Assembly: GCF_036321535.1 (NCBI RefSeq)
Contig: NC_087436.1
Location: forward strand, 110,920,001-110,984,000
Origin: Camelus dromedarius
Lineage: Eukaryota
Length of the DNA stretch: 64,000 bases
Direction of reading: 5' to 3'
A model generated the notes under the pieces. The model was not told the DNA's origin. It did no database searches and saw only the letters and a program-made list of their open reading frames with translations. Position numbers and translations under genes: made by a program. This document shows positions 50,845-63,830 of the stretch, piece after piece. The stretch's first letter is position 1, and each line of letters opens with the position of its first letter.

Positions 50845-51075
50845 ATAATAGTCACCATTTACTGCTGTTTCCAACAAGCCAGGAGCCGTGCTAAATTTTA
50901 TACACAAGTAACTCGTTCAATTTTCAGAACAATCCTATGAGATAGGTATTGCTAACCCCATTTTGTTTATGAGGAAACAGAGTTGTTTAAGTTTAAGAGA
51001 GTTGCCAGAGATTACACAAGCTGATGGTGACTGGAAGGTTCTTACACTTAAGTCCATCATGCTGCCTCTTAGCCA
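50845..51075 (-). mobile_element. MIR SINE
   Basis: 'aacaatcctatgagataggtattgctaaccccattttgtttatgaggaaacagag'. Confidence 0.8.
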
Positions 51076-51254
51076 CAGGGCTGGCGTTTACAGTTAGGAA
51101 TAAAACCAAAATGAGAGCACCACCTGCATTTGAGGTCTACTCAGGAAGACCGATCTTCTCAACGGGGTAGAACTTTTTTAGTTCTGACAGTTCCTGCCCT
51201 CAGTCATTGCTTAGAAGAATCTTGTTAGTATGCAAAATGCTCTAATTAAGAGGT

Positions 51255-51750
51255 CTATGTTAAAGTTGGGATCAGTTGGAAACAAAACCTTAAAAATAGC
51301 AACCTAAACAATTCAGGGGCTTCATTTTGGCCATATGAAGTGGGTCCAGATTGTGGCAGTCCGAGGATGGTATGGTAACACTCTGAGGTTCTTCCTAACT
51401 TTCCCCTCCTCTCCATTCTCTCTCAGCAGGTGTCTTCCATTCTCACGTGCCTCAAGGTGGCAAGACTGTTTTTTCGTAGCAAATGTTGAGTCCGTGTTCT
51501 AGTTGAAAATAGGGGAAGGACAAAGGGCAGCTAATTTTGTTCCTTTTGAAGAATTTTCTCAGGAGCCTGTCCCGGGAACTTCTGCTTACATCTCGTTGTC
51601 CAGCACCATGTGACATGGCTACTCATGGCTGAATGGGAGGCTGGGAAATGCCTTTTGTAGCTAGGCATATTTCCACACAATAAAATTTGGGCTCAATTCG
51701 TTTGAAAAAAAGAAAGGATATTGGTTGGGAAATTATGCACATCAATCACA
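51255..51750 (-). mobile_element. MLT1J/K-like LTR
   Basis: 'aacttctgcttacatctcgttgtccagcaccatgtgacatggctactcatggctgaatgggaggctgggaaatg'. Confidence 0.7.
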
Positions 51751-52669
51751 AAAGATAAGCAGGACTTGTAGGATCCATAGCTAATTTCCCCCTTTACCTA
51801 TTCCTCTGTCTTTGCCTTCTCCTTACCTCTGCACTTGTCATTGACTTTGTGACCCAGATTTCTCAAGGCAGCCTCAGTTGAAAGTATTCTTGTTTCCATG
51901 AACTTCCCCATACTCGCCAGCTCTGTGTCCTGACTTTGGTTTAAAAAATATGTATCAATATAAACTATTTAGTTGTCTGGTATACTCTTCAACAGCCCTT
52001 CAGTTCCTCTTAATTCTCAATTTAGGCACTGAACTTAACGTCCCAAAATGTCCCCTTTCACTTTGTTTCATTTTTTTAAATCATTTTGTCAAACTTTTGG
52101 TCTTTTCAGTAGTTCCATTTAACATTCTTGAGGGGTCGGAATCATTGCTGGATCATACTGAATAGAATATGTCAAGAGGGCATATTAAACTTCACATGGA
52201 ATGAGGCTTTCCTTCAACAGAGCACCTACTGTCCTCTTCATCCAAGGCAATTGTGAATTTGAAAAGTAAGGGTTAGGTGATCCTAAGAGTTCAGCCTGCA
52301 AGCTACTTACTCTCTCCCTCACTCTTCATACTATCTAAACTTTAATAAATAGAATAGAATGATTTCAAGAAGATAGAAAAGCATTCCAAATAGGCACAGC
52401 ATCCAGCACCTCCTTCCCTGTCCCTCTCCCTCTCTCTCCAGGAGGTCATGGCCGTGACAATCAATAGCCAAGCCCCAGTGGCCAGTGACTTAATAGGAGG
52501 AGGTGTGAGGTAAGACGTAGGTGACACATTATAATTACTATGCAATCTCTTAGCCTTCATTTTCGCAGATTGTCATAAGGTGATGATCTGTGTATGTGTG
52601 AGTGCATGCACTTAATTCTACACACCTATATGACCAGAGCAGACCCTTATGCCTTTGTCCCTTTTTTCT

Positions 52670-53735
52670 CCTGTTTTTTAAATAGTTTTTTTAGAAAGGT
52701 TTTAGATTTACAGAAAAATTGAGCAAATAGTAGAATGTTTCCATATACGCTCCCCCCCCCCCACAGTATATCTTATTATTAACATCTTACATTAGTATGG
52801 TATATTTATTATAATTAATGAACCAGTATTGATGTATTATTATTAAATAAAGCTCATAGTTTATTAATATTGCCTTAGTTTTTTCTAATATCCTTTTTCT
52901 GTTAGAAGATCCTACAAGGAAACCACATTCATTATATATAGTTGTCAAGTCCCTTTAGGTTTTTCTTGGCTGTGACAGTTTCTTGGAATTTCCTTGTTTT
53001 TAATGACCTTGACAGTTTTGAGGAGGACTGGTCAGGTGCACTGTTGGGTGCTCCTCTACTGGAATTTGTCTGATTTTTTTTTTTTTTTCATGTCTAGGCT
53101 GGGCTTTTGGGCTTGAGGGAGGAAAATCCCAGAGGTAAAAGGCCATTTTTACCTCATATCAATGGTACATACAATCAGCATGACTAATCATTGTTGTGCT
53201 GAACTTGATCACCTGGCTAAAGTACTGTTTGTTAGGTTTATCCACTATGAAGTCATTCTTCTTTCCCCTTTCTGTACCGTATACATTTTGCAAAGGTGCC
53301 AATACATACAGTTTACACTTAAGGAATGAAGAGCTATGTTCCCCTCCATTAGAGGGAGGTATCTATACAATTTATCTGGGCTTCTTTTGCATGGGAGATT
53401 TTTCTCTTCTCCCCCATTTATCTATTTATTCAATCATTTATCTACATCAGTGTGGATTCATGGATATTTATTTTATAATTTGGGTTATAATCCAATACTC
53501 CTGTATTTATTTTGCTGCCCAAATTATTTCATCTTTGTCTATTGGCATCTCTTTCAGTTGACTCCTGTGCTCCTTTAACATAATACATATCAGTGTGGGT
53601 TTGTTTTTTCAGTTAGTTTTTTGTTTGTTTGTTCATTTGTTTATTTAGACCTTCCTTACTTGGGTGTTCTACAAGAGATACTAGATTCATCTTGTATTAT
53701 TTCCTGCCCTAGTCCTAGAATTAGCCATTGCTACA
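52670..53735 (-). mobile_element. L1MC/MD-like 3' UTR
   Basis: 'ttttagatttacagaaaaattgagcaaatagtag', 'gacagttttgaggaggactggtcagg' and 'ttcctgccctagtcctagaattagccatt'. Confidence 0.85.
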
Positions 53736-55004
53736 ATTAAATTTTCATCTTTACTATCAACTTTAGTGTTTTCAGCAATTGTTGGTTCAATAAATAAGCT
53801 TGAGTTTCCTGTTTCCTTTTGCTTCCAACAAAGAAGAGACACAGCAAGAAGCAGACACAACAAAGTAAGTTCAAAAGATGCAGATCCCTGAGAGAAGGAA
53901 GGAAGAAAGTTTCACCTCTTCCTTTCCATGTAGTTCCCAGAAGGCAAGTCACCCTTCCAGACTGTCAGAGGAGAAAGCCATCTGCAGGAGAAAGTTACTA
54001 CCTGGACCCTCTCAGAGCATTCCTAGAGTTGGTACTCTCCCTCCAAAAGAACCTCTGCTCTTTGCAGGGAAAGGTCCTTGTATCTCACTGTGCAAAAAGA
54101 GGACATCATCCAGCACATGTGTCCTCTAGAATGGGTTCAAACTCTGATGCCAACAATGAGAAGGATGAAAGGAGCCCAGGGGAAGGCCTCTGGTGACAAG
54201 GGAAATATCCACAAGCCCCTCAACATATCAGAATACCCTTATGAGAGGTGCCAGTGTGTGTAAAGTGGCCAGCGGGTCTTTCAATGAAGCAAATATCAAA
54301 TAAGAGGCACTGACTGCCATTTCCTAGAGGCACTGGAAATATGTTGGTGGGACCACATTACAGAGAAGGAGTTCCAGCAAATTATGTGCTCTTGATGGCA
54401 CCAGTAAATGGATAGAGGGAAAGAGAGCCAGAACCACTGGCTGGCGTTTCCCTTCTGATGGTTCTCAGAGGCTGATTCCTCCAGAAGGCCTTCCCTGGTC
54501 CATCGTCCCTGGCCTAGGCTGGGCATCTTTGAGCACCTAAAGTTGTGAGCTCGCATTCACTTATCAACAAATGTTTTCTCACCCTCTAATATGAGTTAAG
54601 AACTAAGCTATAAAGAGCTTAGCACTGGAGATAAAGCAATGAAGGCTCTCTCTTTTTTTTTTTTTTTTTTTTGAGAATTTGAGTCTCAAAACTCATGTAC
54701 CAAGGTATGGAGAAGGAGGATGTGAGACCACAAACACATCAGTTTGCAATTACAATGTCTTTACCATGATAGGAGACAATAAGCAAGACAGAATAAGAAT
54801 AATTATCCAAGCTAGGAGGCAAAGGTCGTCAGTGTAGATGAGGAAACATCTAAGCAGAGTCTTAAAGAGTGACAATTAATCCTCCAATTCTACTCCTTGA
54901 CCATTCTTCACATTATCTATTATTATTTTATCCTTCTCTTTCTTTTACTCAGCTATTTTCTTTCTTTCTAACTTCTCTGAGAGACACTTTTTTGGCTTGC
55001 TCAT

Positions 55005-55473
55005 TGTATCAGTCAGGGTTCCACCAGAAAAACAGAACCAGTAGCATACATATAAAGAGACGGGAGATATATAGAGATAGAGATGAAGATAGAAAGAAAG
55101 AGAAGAGAGAGATCTATTGCAAGGAATTGGCTTACACAATTGTAGGGGCTGCCTAGGCAAGTCTGAAACTATTAGGGCAGGCTATCAGGAAGGGCATGAT
55201 GGAAACACCCCTGCAGGAATTGATATTGCAGTTCACAGGTGGAATTTCTTCTTCCTCAGGGAAACTTTAGTTCTGGTCTTAAGGACTTTCAACTGATTAG
55301 ATCTGGCCCACCCAGATTTTTCAGGATAATCTCTTCTTACTTAGAGTCAACTGATTGTAGGTGTCAATCAGATCTACATAATATCTTCACAACAACACTC
55401 AGATGGGTGTTTGATTGATTGATTAACTGGGGATTACAGCCAGTCAAGCTGACATGTACAACCAACCATCACA
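55005..55473 (-). mobile_element. MLT2-type ERVL solo LTR
   Basis: 'tgtatcagtcagggttccaccagaaaaacagaaccagtag...gcaaggaattggcttacacaattgtaggggctg...aaccatcaca', with 5-bp TSD ctcat/ctcac. Confidence 0.88.
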
Positions 55474-55899
55474 CTCACCCATCTCTTTCAACCATCTGCC
55501 CTTAGTACACCATTCACATGAGATCACAATGAGATGGATTCCCCCAGGAGTTTTACAACGTAGTAGGCCTGCTTCTTCACTGATTCGACTCTTCTCTCAT
55601 CCCACCGCTCCTGACTACATGGAGCCTTTTCCTGGATTCAGGCTTTACTGTAGTTTCCTGTCTGGGTATGCCCAGGGAACAGATCCCTATGAACATTTCC
55701 TGTATAAACAAACACGACTATTTTAAATCATGTGAAAGGGGAAAGGATGCCACATAAACTTTAGAAAGATGGCAAATGCAAGACACACTAGTTTAGAAAT
55801 TAATGAAAGATGAGACTATGGGAGTTTAGGACACCAGAAAACAAACAAAAAAACTTCTATTCCTAATCCTTTCTTCCTTTCTCTTTTATTTAAGTGTAT

Positions 55900-56610
55900 A
55901 AAGCAGAAATTAAGTACCCAGGCCCTGCAATCAACTGGATTTGAAATCTAGGTTATGTACATTTCATAACCACTGTGAACCTCAGTTTCTTCTTCCATAA
56001 CAGAGGAAAATAATAAACCTTACCTCAGAGAGTTGTTACAAGGATAAAATGAGAAAATACATGCAAAAGCAATTAGCACAAAGGCAAGCATACTATAGAG
56101 TTTTTTAAAGTAGCTATTATTATCATTAAATACCTGCTATGGGTCAGACAGAGTCAAGAATACTGAGATCAGTATGAACCTGGAAAATCCATTAAGGAAT
56201 GTCAGACATATAGACGATTCTAGTACAATATGTAAATTCAACAGGAGAGAGGAGGCAGAGAAAGGAATAAGTACTCCAGCCTGGGGATCAAGAAGACTTC
56301 ACAGAGGAAATTCCACATGAACTGGGCTTCCAGGGATGAGCAGTGCCTTCGTGAGCACAAAAGCAGAGAAGGGCATTGCAAGCACGAGGAATAGCATGTG
56401 TAAAAGCAGAGGCAGAGAAGAGCACAGTGTGCCTAGAGGAGACAAGAAGTTCAGTGTGAATGGAGCATAAGGGGGTGTGCGGTAGGGGGAGGTGGGGCTG
56501 GGGGGAGGTGGAAAAGTGGGAGGATGGCAAGAAATAAAGACATCTGATGAAGGCTGATATGGCATGCTAAGGCGTTTGGCCTCTATCCTGAAAGCAGTTG
56601 GAGGCTGACT
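55900..56610. mobile_element. MIR (plus) followed by an antisense L2 remnant
   Basis: 'ctgtgaacctcagtttcttcttccataac' and 'ggaatagcatgtgtaaaagcagaggcagagaagagcacagtg'. Confidence 0.65.
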
Positions 56611-56879
56611 TCCAACTCTGCTTTTGGCCACGGAGCAATTGTACTGTAAATTGATAAAGTAGCATTTGTATTTACTTGTCTACAAGCCAGACATAGCAAA
56701 TGCACACATCCCCATGGAAATGTTCCTCTCCAGGATCCATCAGTAATCGGGGCAGAGGAGGGACAGGGGGATTACACACACCAAAAACAAGTCAACCATG
56801 GCGCCCAACCCAGCCCATCACCTTACATCACTACATGGCTGAACTTACAGATGATCTAGGGAGGAAGAAAACTTTCTTA

Positions 56880-57945
56880 GTTGAAACAAAAGGGCACATC
56901 CACACATATTTTTCTCTTTTCTCTCCCTTCTGCCCACTCCAGTTCTGAACCATTCTACACAGTTGGCTGCTCCCTCCTCCTTTCGGCACTTGCTTCTCTT
57001 GGCTTCCAGGACAACCTCACTCTCCAGGTTGTCTTTCTACCCCACAGGATGCTCATTCTCAGTCTCCTTTGTTCGTTTCTAATGTTGAGCCCCAAATTTC
57101 AATCTTTGGACATCTTCCCCATCTTCACTCATTCCCTAGATGCTTTTATGCAAATGTATTACTTTAAATATCATCAATGTGCTGACAGTTTCCAAATTTA
57201 TATCGCCACCTCAGACCTCTCCCTTGGATTCCAAACTCTATATCCGATTGCTGCTCAATATTTCTCCTCAATATGTCAGGCATCTCAAACTTAAGATGGA
57301 TAAAACTAAACTTTTGATCTTCCAAGCCAAATCTGTTCAGTAAACATAAATCACAGGATCCTTTTAAAACATAAATTATTACCTCATTCCTCTGCTCAAA
57401 ACTGTCCTTCTTTCATTCACAGTAAAAGTCAAAGTCCTGTGACATCCTTGCTTTTTAATTCCCTCCCCTTTACCTGCCTGACTTTGATCTCCTAACATTC
57501 TCCGCTGTGGTCATTCCACTCCAGACACACTGGCTTCTTGCTTTTCCTCACAGACACAAACACACAGTAGCCTCAGTGCCTTTGCACTTGTACCACCTGC
57601 TAAGGATGCTCTGCCCCAAATGGGACGTCACCTTCTCCAGGAAGTCTTCGCTAACCACCTTATTTAAGATATTAACTCTACCACCATCAAAACTCCTTCC
57701 AGAACGCCCTGTCTCCTTCTCTGCTTCATTTTCTCTTTAGCACCAGTCACCATCTAATCAGGCACCTCATATACTTTTTAGTTGTTAATGTGTTACTGTT
57801 TTTCTGTCTCTCTTTGCTACCACTGCTAGACTATAACGAAACATGAGGATTTTTTTCTGTTTTGTTCCCTGCTGTATTCCTACTGCATAAAACAGAGCCT
57901 AGCACATAATAGCTATTCAATAAACATTTTTAAAATTAATGAATC
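56880..57945 (+). mobile_element. L2 remnant
   Basis: 'cttggcttccaggacaacctcactctcc', 'tgctgacagtttccaaatttatatc' and terminal 'agagcctagcacataatagctattcaataaacattt'. Confidence 0.8.
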
Positions 57946-58326
57946 AGTCTATGGAGAAAGCATGACACTTTGAAGCTTGAAGACCTAGGTTTCAGGGTTT
58001 GTATTTTGAAGTTTGAAGACCTAGGTTTGAATCCAGACTGTGACTTATTTCTTTGTACCATTGGTCAAATGATTTATCTTCTTTGGTCTCAGCTTCCTCC
58101 TTTGAAAACTGGGGGTAGTAATCTCTGTTTCACATGTATGCAGCAACAATTAACTAGGATTATGTATAAAAACACAATATAGTGGGCATTCAATAAATGA
58201 TTCTGTACTCATTTACATTATTTAATTTCTCTGGCAAATCAAAACATGAAACTTGTAATAGAATGAGAGCTTCACCCACTGCCAGCAGTTCTTAGATGTA
58301 AAATGATCTGTAAAAATCAAGTTTAA

Positions 58327-58843
58327 ACAGCTGACTGGATAAAGAAGATGTGGTATATTTATGCAATGGAATACTATTCAGCCATAAAAACCGACACCAT
58401 AATGCCATTTGCAGCAACATGGATGTTCCTGGAGAATGTCATTCTAAGTGAAGTAAGCCAGAAAGAGAAAGAAAAATACCATATGAGATCGCTCATATGT
58501 GGAATCTAAAAAAAAACCAAAAAAACAAAAAAACAAACAAAGCATAAATACAAAACAAAAATAGATTCAGAGACATAGACTAAAAACTTGTGGTTGCCAA
58601 GGGGGTGGGGGGTGGGGGGGTGGGAAAGGATAGACTGGGATTTCAAAATTGTAGAATAGACAAACAAGATTGTACTGTAAAGCACAGGGAAATATACATA
58701 AGATCTTATGGTAGCTCACAGAGAAAAAAATGTGACAATGAATATATATATATGTTCATGTATAACTGAAAAATTGTGCTCTACACTAGAATTGGACACA
58801 ACATTGTAAAATGATTATACATCAATAAAAAAGGTTAAAAAAA
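58327..58843 (+). mobile_element. Relatively young 5'-truncated L1 3' end with a G-rich tract
   Basis: 'gactggataaagaagatgtggtatatttatgcaatggaatactattcagccataaaa', a poly-G tract at 58601-58624, and terminal 'aacattgtaaaatgattatacatcaataaaaa'. Confidence 0.9.
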
Positions 58844-58895
58844 TTTCTACATGCCAACCAAATACAAATTCTAGGAATAAAGAATGTAGCTATTT

Positions 58896-58933
58896 ATTTA
58901 TACTGATGTATAGTTGATTAACAATGTTTTGTT
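58896..58933 (-). mobile_element. 38-bp L1 3'-terminal micro-insertion
   Basis: The reverse complement 'aacaaaacattgttaatcaactatacatcagtataaat' resembles an L1 3' terminus; 16-bp TSD aagaa(t/c)gtagctattt at 58880-58895 and 58934-58949. Confidence 0.75.
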
Positions 58934-59214
58934 AAGAACGTAGCTATTTTAAATAAACTACATTCTTGGGGAGAATACATAAAAGTTTAATACACAATTT
59001 TTTCAGATTGTGAATAAAAGATACTAATTTAAAAAAAATAAATAAAATAAAATAAAAATAAAAATCTACATGTTAAGGTATTATTGTTTACATATTCCAT
59101 ATTAACACCTCAAACTTCAACAAGAAGTTAGGGTCCAGATATAATTTGTCAAGTAAAATGATAGACTGAAAATAACAGATTGCCTCTTTTATATCACATA
59201 TGCATTCATAATCT

Positions 59215-59690
59215 TATTTGTCTCACAAACATTTGTTAAATACCTACTACCAGCCAAGGCCTGCTCTAGGCCCTGAAGATAGAGAAGTGAACAAGAGAGA
59301 GTCCCTGCTTTCGTGGCATTCATACTGTAGTGGAGAAAGAAATGAACGAGCATATTACGATAGTAATGATTTATAAAGAAAAAGCAGTGCAGGGGAACAG
59401 AGAGCGATCGTGAAGACAGGAATGCTAGTTTTTAATAAGACAGTCTGACAAGGTGTAATCACATCTGAAGCCTGAATGAAGTAAGGGATTAAGCCCTGAG
59501 TATACCTGGGGAAATCATGTTCCATGCGTAGGAAACAGCAAAGAGAAAGGCCCTCGGTAAGTTTGATGTGTTCAAAGAACAAAAAAGAGGCTCGTTTGGC
59601 TATATAGCTGAGTGAGCAAAGAAAAAAGTAGTCTGAAATGGAGCGACAGATTACCTAGGGATCATAGCTTGTAAGAAGTTGCAGGCACTG
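59215..59690 (-). mobile_element. L2 remnant
   Basis: 'acaaacatttgttaaatacctactaccagccaaggcctgctctaggccctgaagatagagaagtgaacaagagagagtccctgc'. Confidence 0.8.
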
Positions 59691-60749
59691 GCTTACTCAC
59701 TAGCCATTAACCTTCAAATGATAGGGCACACATTTTTAAATTACATGACTAATGTTTGGTAAATATTTTGGCATATTCCATCGAGTTTTTTTTTCCTAGA
59801 AATTTGATAATACTTTCTTTTGTTCATTTTGTGATCATCCTAGAAATACAGTCTTAAGTCTTGCTTTTTTACACTTAATGTATCACACATACTTTGTACG
59901 GACTTAAACATTCTTTGAATGTACGTATTTAATGGTTGGCTGATGTACCATTACTTTGGTCTACTGCAGTTTAATCATTCTTCATTTTAGTTCTTTCTTA
60001 CATGTCAGTATTATACATAGTGCTCATATTTGAATTAAGATAGTGGACCAGGCCAACTTCCCCTTCTATCTGCTCCAAATCTCTAGAAACAACAGAAGAA
60101 ACATTCAGGAAGAAGAAAGGAAAAGGAAGAGGAGAAGGTGGGGATGAAGAAGAAGAGAAAGATGAAAAGGGAGGAGAAAAAGCAAAGGATGAAAAAATGA
60201 TTTTGTTATCAGTGGGCCTGAAGTAAATATATGATCAGTGGACCAGAAATTTGGAGGAATCACTAAAAGAGAAAAAGCAAAAGGATCAGATGAAGAGAGG
60301 GCAGCGTAACACAAAGTATACTCAGGAGAAGAATGCTGTGGAAGTCCTATGGGTGTCCCAGGCCAGATGCAAGTAGTACAAAGGGCAGGAGAGAGCCATG
60401 AGCTCCCGTCTGGGTGGGTAGCTGGGGAGCTACGGTCAGAGCAAGTCGGTCCTCCCCACTTTGCCCCTCCACACTGACTGATGAACAGAAGATTCATTGC
60501 TCTGACTTATGGACATGCTTGTGATGCAGTTAGGGCAGCACTCCAGGTAGCTCGTTTCACCAAAGCCCCCATATTCATAAGTCCAGTATACGCTACATGT
60601 GTACACATCTTGCTTTTCACCCATAACCACCAAAGTTTGTAACCAAAGGTGTCATTCACAGTGAACCAAAGAGGCTTTCTCCAACACAATGGTGGACAGA
60701 CAAGAGTTTCTAAAACACCACTAACAAACTCAAAAAAACAGAAGACAAG

Positions 60750-62430
60750 GGAAAATAGTTCTGGGAAAACAGAATTAGGATCTCTGAAAATCTGCTCCTC
60801 TATAAAAACTACGAGCACACTGGCAAATATTATCTAAATCAACATGGTCAGAACTCTGGACGTTAATAAAAAGCTTGAAATAATCCAAGGAGTGTTTATT
60901 AAAGAAAAATGACTGATTAAGAACAGTGAGTTTTGTGGTGTTTTTTCACGTCCTGTTTCCATCCCCTCTCCCCAGCTCCATAGCAGCCTTGAAAACCAAC
61001 AGCCATGCAACCATAAGATTTATGAAAAATCAGCAGTCAATGGAAGGGACAGAACATGCCTGGAGTCCTCCCAAAATCTCCATTACAAGAGAACGATCGA
61101 GATTCGCCTGTGTGGTATTCTAACTGTGTGTTCTGAGATTCTGCATGTCTATTTGACATCTATTAATCATGGGACCAAGCTATCAGCCACATGTTTACCT
61201 CTCTCCTATAAGTCAACTTGCCCGAAACTCACCTTTCATAAGCAGATCCAAAGTTGTGCCCCCACCCACTTTCTTATCTGACTCACACATCAAGCCAATA
61301 TTTCCCCTTCCCTACATCATTGTAGGGTCAGGTATCAGGGGACTGGAGACCACCCTTACAGGCCAAAGCCCATCAGAATTATTCAAACTGACCAATCCTA
61401 AACTGTTTTTTCTGCACTGCATTGGCTTTCCCACAGAAACCCCAAGAAGTGCTCTGAACTAAGCCTTCCCCTCATTCCTGCTTCTGCCTAATTAAATCTG
61501 GTATTTATCCTATGACTGCATGGTGTGGCATGTCCCCTTTTAATGACCTTGCCCTTCTCCTGTTACCCCTCAGTCATATCTCTAGGGGTTAAATCTCAAG
61601 TATAACTTTAAAACACCTGAAAATTCCTACTCATAGGACTCATCTTTGTTTGACCTGACTTAGAGCTCAATCAACATGAACAGCCTTTTCCATGGGGCAT
61701 TTATTGAAAAATATCAGTGACAGTGATTTAACATTACAGCTGCCTGAGTCAGGATGAACAGCTGAGGCAAACAAGAGGATGACTTAAAGAAAAAAATTTT
61801 GTTTATGTAATTAGATGTCCATAGAAGGCTTTGAGAAATCTCCAACATATTCCTGGGAACCTAGAGAGCAAAGTGCATATTTGGGAAAGACCTGAGGAGG
61901 CTCTTGTCTCTGACCTGTGACTGAACTTGAGGCTCTCCTCGGGCAGGAAGTGAAGGGTAAGGCAGGGCTGTAACTAGCAGAATGTGAAAACTGTGCCAAA
62001 CATGCACACAGAACATTTCGGCAAAGGCTGGGAGAATTATTGGCTCAAAGCATTCATGGAAATCCTGTGGAATTATTAGCTGACCTCTAAGCCAACTGAC
62101 CAGAGACTGACCATTATGTGTGACCATGCCACACGTGACAAAAAACACTGACATTACAGAACTGTTGAGCAAATCACGAAGCAAACAAACTGTAATGGTA
62201 ACAAACATAAACAACAACAAGCAGCCATGAGGAAGTGGGGGAAATCTGGTTTCCAGAATAGCCACATTGTATTATTTAAAATGTTCCATTTTTAATAAAA
62301 AATATGACACTTGAAAAGAAAGGAAAGTATGGCTATACACGGTTGAGGGTCGGGGAGAAGAGTTAATAGAAACTGCTTCTGAGAAAGTTCGAACATTAGA
62401 TTTAATAGACAAGGATTTTAAATCAGCTTG
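60750..62430 (+). mobile_element. Old L1 5' region (L1M4/L1MB-like), interrupted by an LTR
   Basis: 'tctgaaaatctgctcctctataaaaac...cagaactctggacgttaataaaaagcttg' and 'gggaaagacctgaggaggctc...ttccagaatagccacattgtattatttaaaatgttcc'. Confidence 0.6.
61110..61615 (+). mobile_element. MER74/MER73-like ERVL LTR
   Basis: 'aggtatcaggggactggagaccaccc...aattattcaaactgaccaatcctaaac...ttcccacagaaaccc' and terminal 'tttaaaaca'. Confidence 0.7.
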
Positions 62431-62730
62431 TGTTAAGGGTCTTCAAAACCACCTTCAGGTTCATTATTTACTAGAGAGACTCACAGAACTCAGGAAAGTT
62501 GTAATCATGATTATATTTTATTACAGAGAAAGGATACCAATTAAAATAAGGAATGGAAAAAAGCATAAAGGACAGAGTTCCAGAGAGACAGGCAGAAGCT
62601 GCCATTTGCCTTCCCATTAATCATATGACTCTCCCTGGGATGACTGTGACAACAGGTACTGAGTCCTGTCAGTCGGGGAGACACACTCAAGCCTTGAAGT
62701 CCAGGGTTTTTAATCAGAGTCAGTCACATC
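62430..62730 (-). mobile_element. MER21/MER77-like ERVL LTR fragment
   Basis: 'aaaccaccttcaggttcattatttactagagagactcacagaactcag...ttattacagagaaaggatac...gtccagggtttttaatcagagtcagtcaca'. Confidence 0.7.
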
Positions 62731-63830
62731 ATCTCAACAGATGTGGGAAAAGATTTGACAAAATCTGATACCCACTCGTGATAAAACACTCAACAAACTA
62801 GGAATAGAGAGAAACTTCTTCAACCTGATAAAGGAATTCTACAATGAAAAAAGCTAGAGTTAACATAATACTTAATGACGAAAGACTGAATGTCTTTCTC
62901 CCTAAGATGAGAATTAAGATGTCTACTTTCACCCCTTACAGTCAACATTGTATTGGAGGTTCTAACCAGGGACATTAAGCAAGAAAAATAAAGTATCCAG
63001 GTTGGAAAAAACAAAGTGAAATTATCTCTGTTCATGGATGACGTGATCTTATACACACAAAGTTCTAAGGAATACAAATGCACGCATACAAACTACTAGA
63101 ACTAATAAACGAGTTTAGCAAGGTTGCCAGGATACAAGATTAGTATATAAAAATCACTTATATTTCTACATAAGAACAATGAACAATCTAAAAATGAAAT
63201 AAGAAAATAATCCCTTTACAACAGCATTTAAACAACCAAAACACTTAGGAATAAATTTAACAAAAGGAGTATAAAACTTACATGCTGAAAACTACAAGGC
63301 ATTACAGAAAGCAATTAAAGAAGATCTAAACAAATTTCCTGAGAAGACGTGTCTTGTTCATGGATCTGGAAGGCCTGGTATCAGCAACACTGAAGTATTC
63401 CTTACACTGTTCTACAGATTTAATACAATTCCTATCAAAATCCCAGCGGCCATTTTTGCAGAAATTGACAAGTTGATACTAAATTCAAGGGAAATGCAAG
63501 GGACTCAGAAAAGCCAAACCAATCTTGAGAAAGAACAAAGTTGGAGACCTTGCTGATTTAAAAACTTAATACAAAGCTACAATAATTAAGACAGTCTGAT
63601 ACTGAAATAAGAATAGACATATAGATCAATGGAATAAAATTGACAGTCCAGAAAGAAACCCTTGCTTTTATGGTCAATTGATTTTCAACAAGGGTGCCAA
63701 GACAATCGGAAAGAATAATCCTTTTTAAAATGAGCTTGAACAACTTGATATCCATATGCAAAATAATGAGTTTATACCCTACCCTTCATACCATATATAA
63801 AAAATTAACTCAAAATGAATATATAAGTTC
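62730..63830 (+). mobile_element. Degraded L1 ORF2 (reverse transcriptase region)
   Basis: 'ataaaacactcaacaaactaggaatagag', 'attatctctgttcatggatgacgtgatcttatac' (LFxDD motif) and 'ctacagatttaatacaattcctatcaaaatcccag'. Confidence 0.9.

Noticed and set aside
53819..54196. 125-aa basic ORF
   Set aside because: Non-ATG start, no recognisable domain and no convincing splice context.
57969..58028. Short direct duplications (24 bp here; others near 8122-8146, 25911-25948, 35934-35960 and 41780-41805)
   Set aside because: Two-copy micro-duplications typical of replication slippage; not CRISPR-like arrays or functional repeats.
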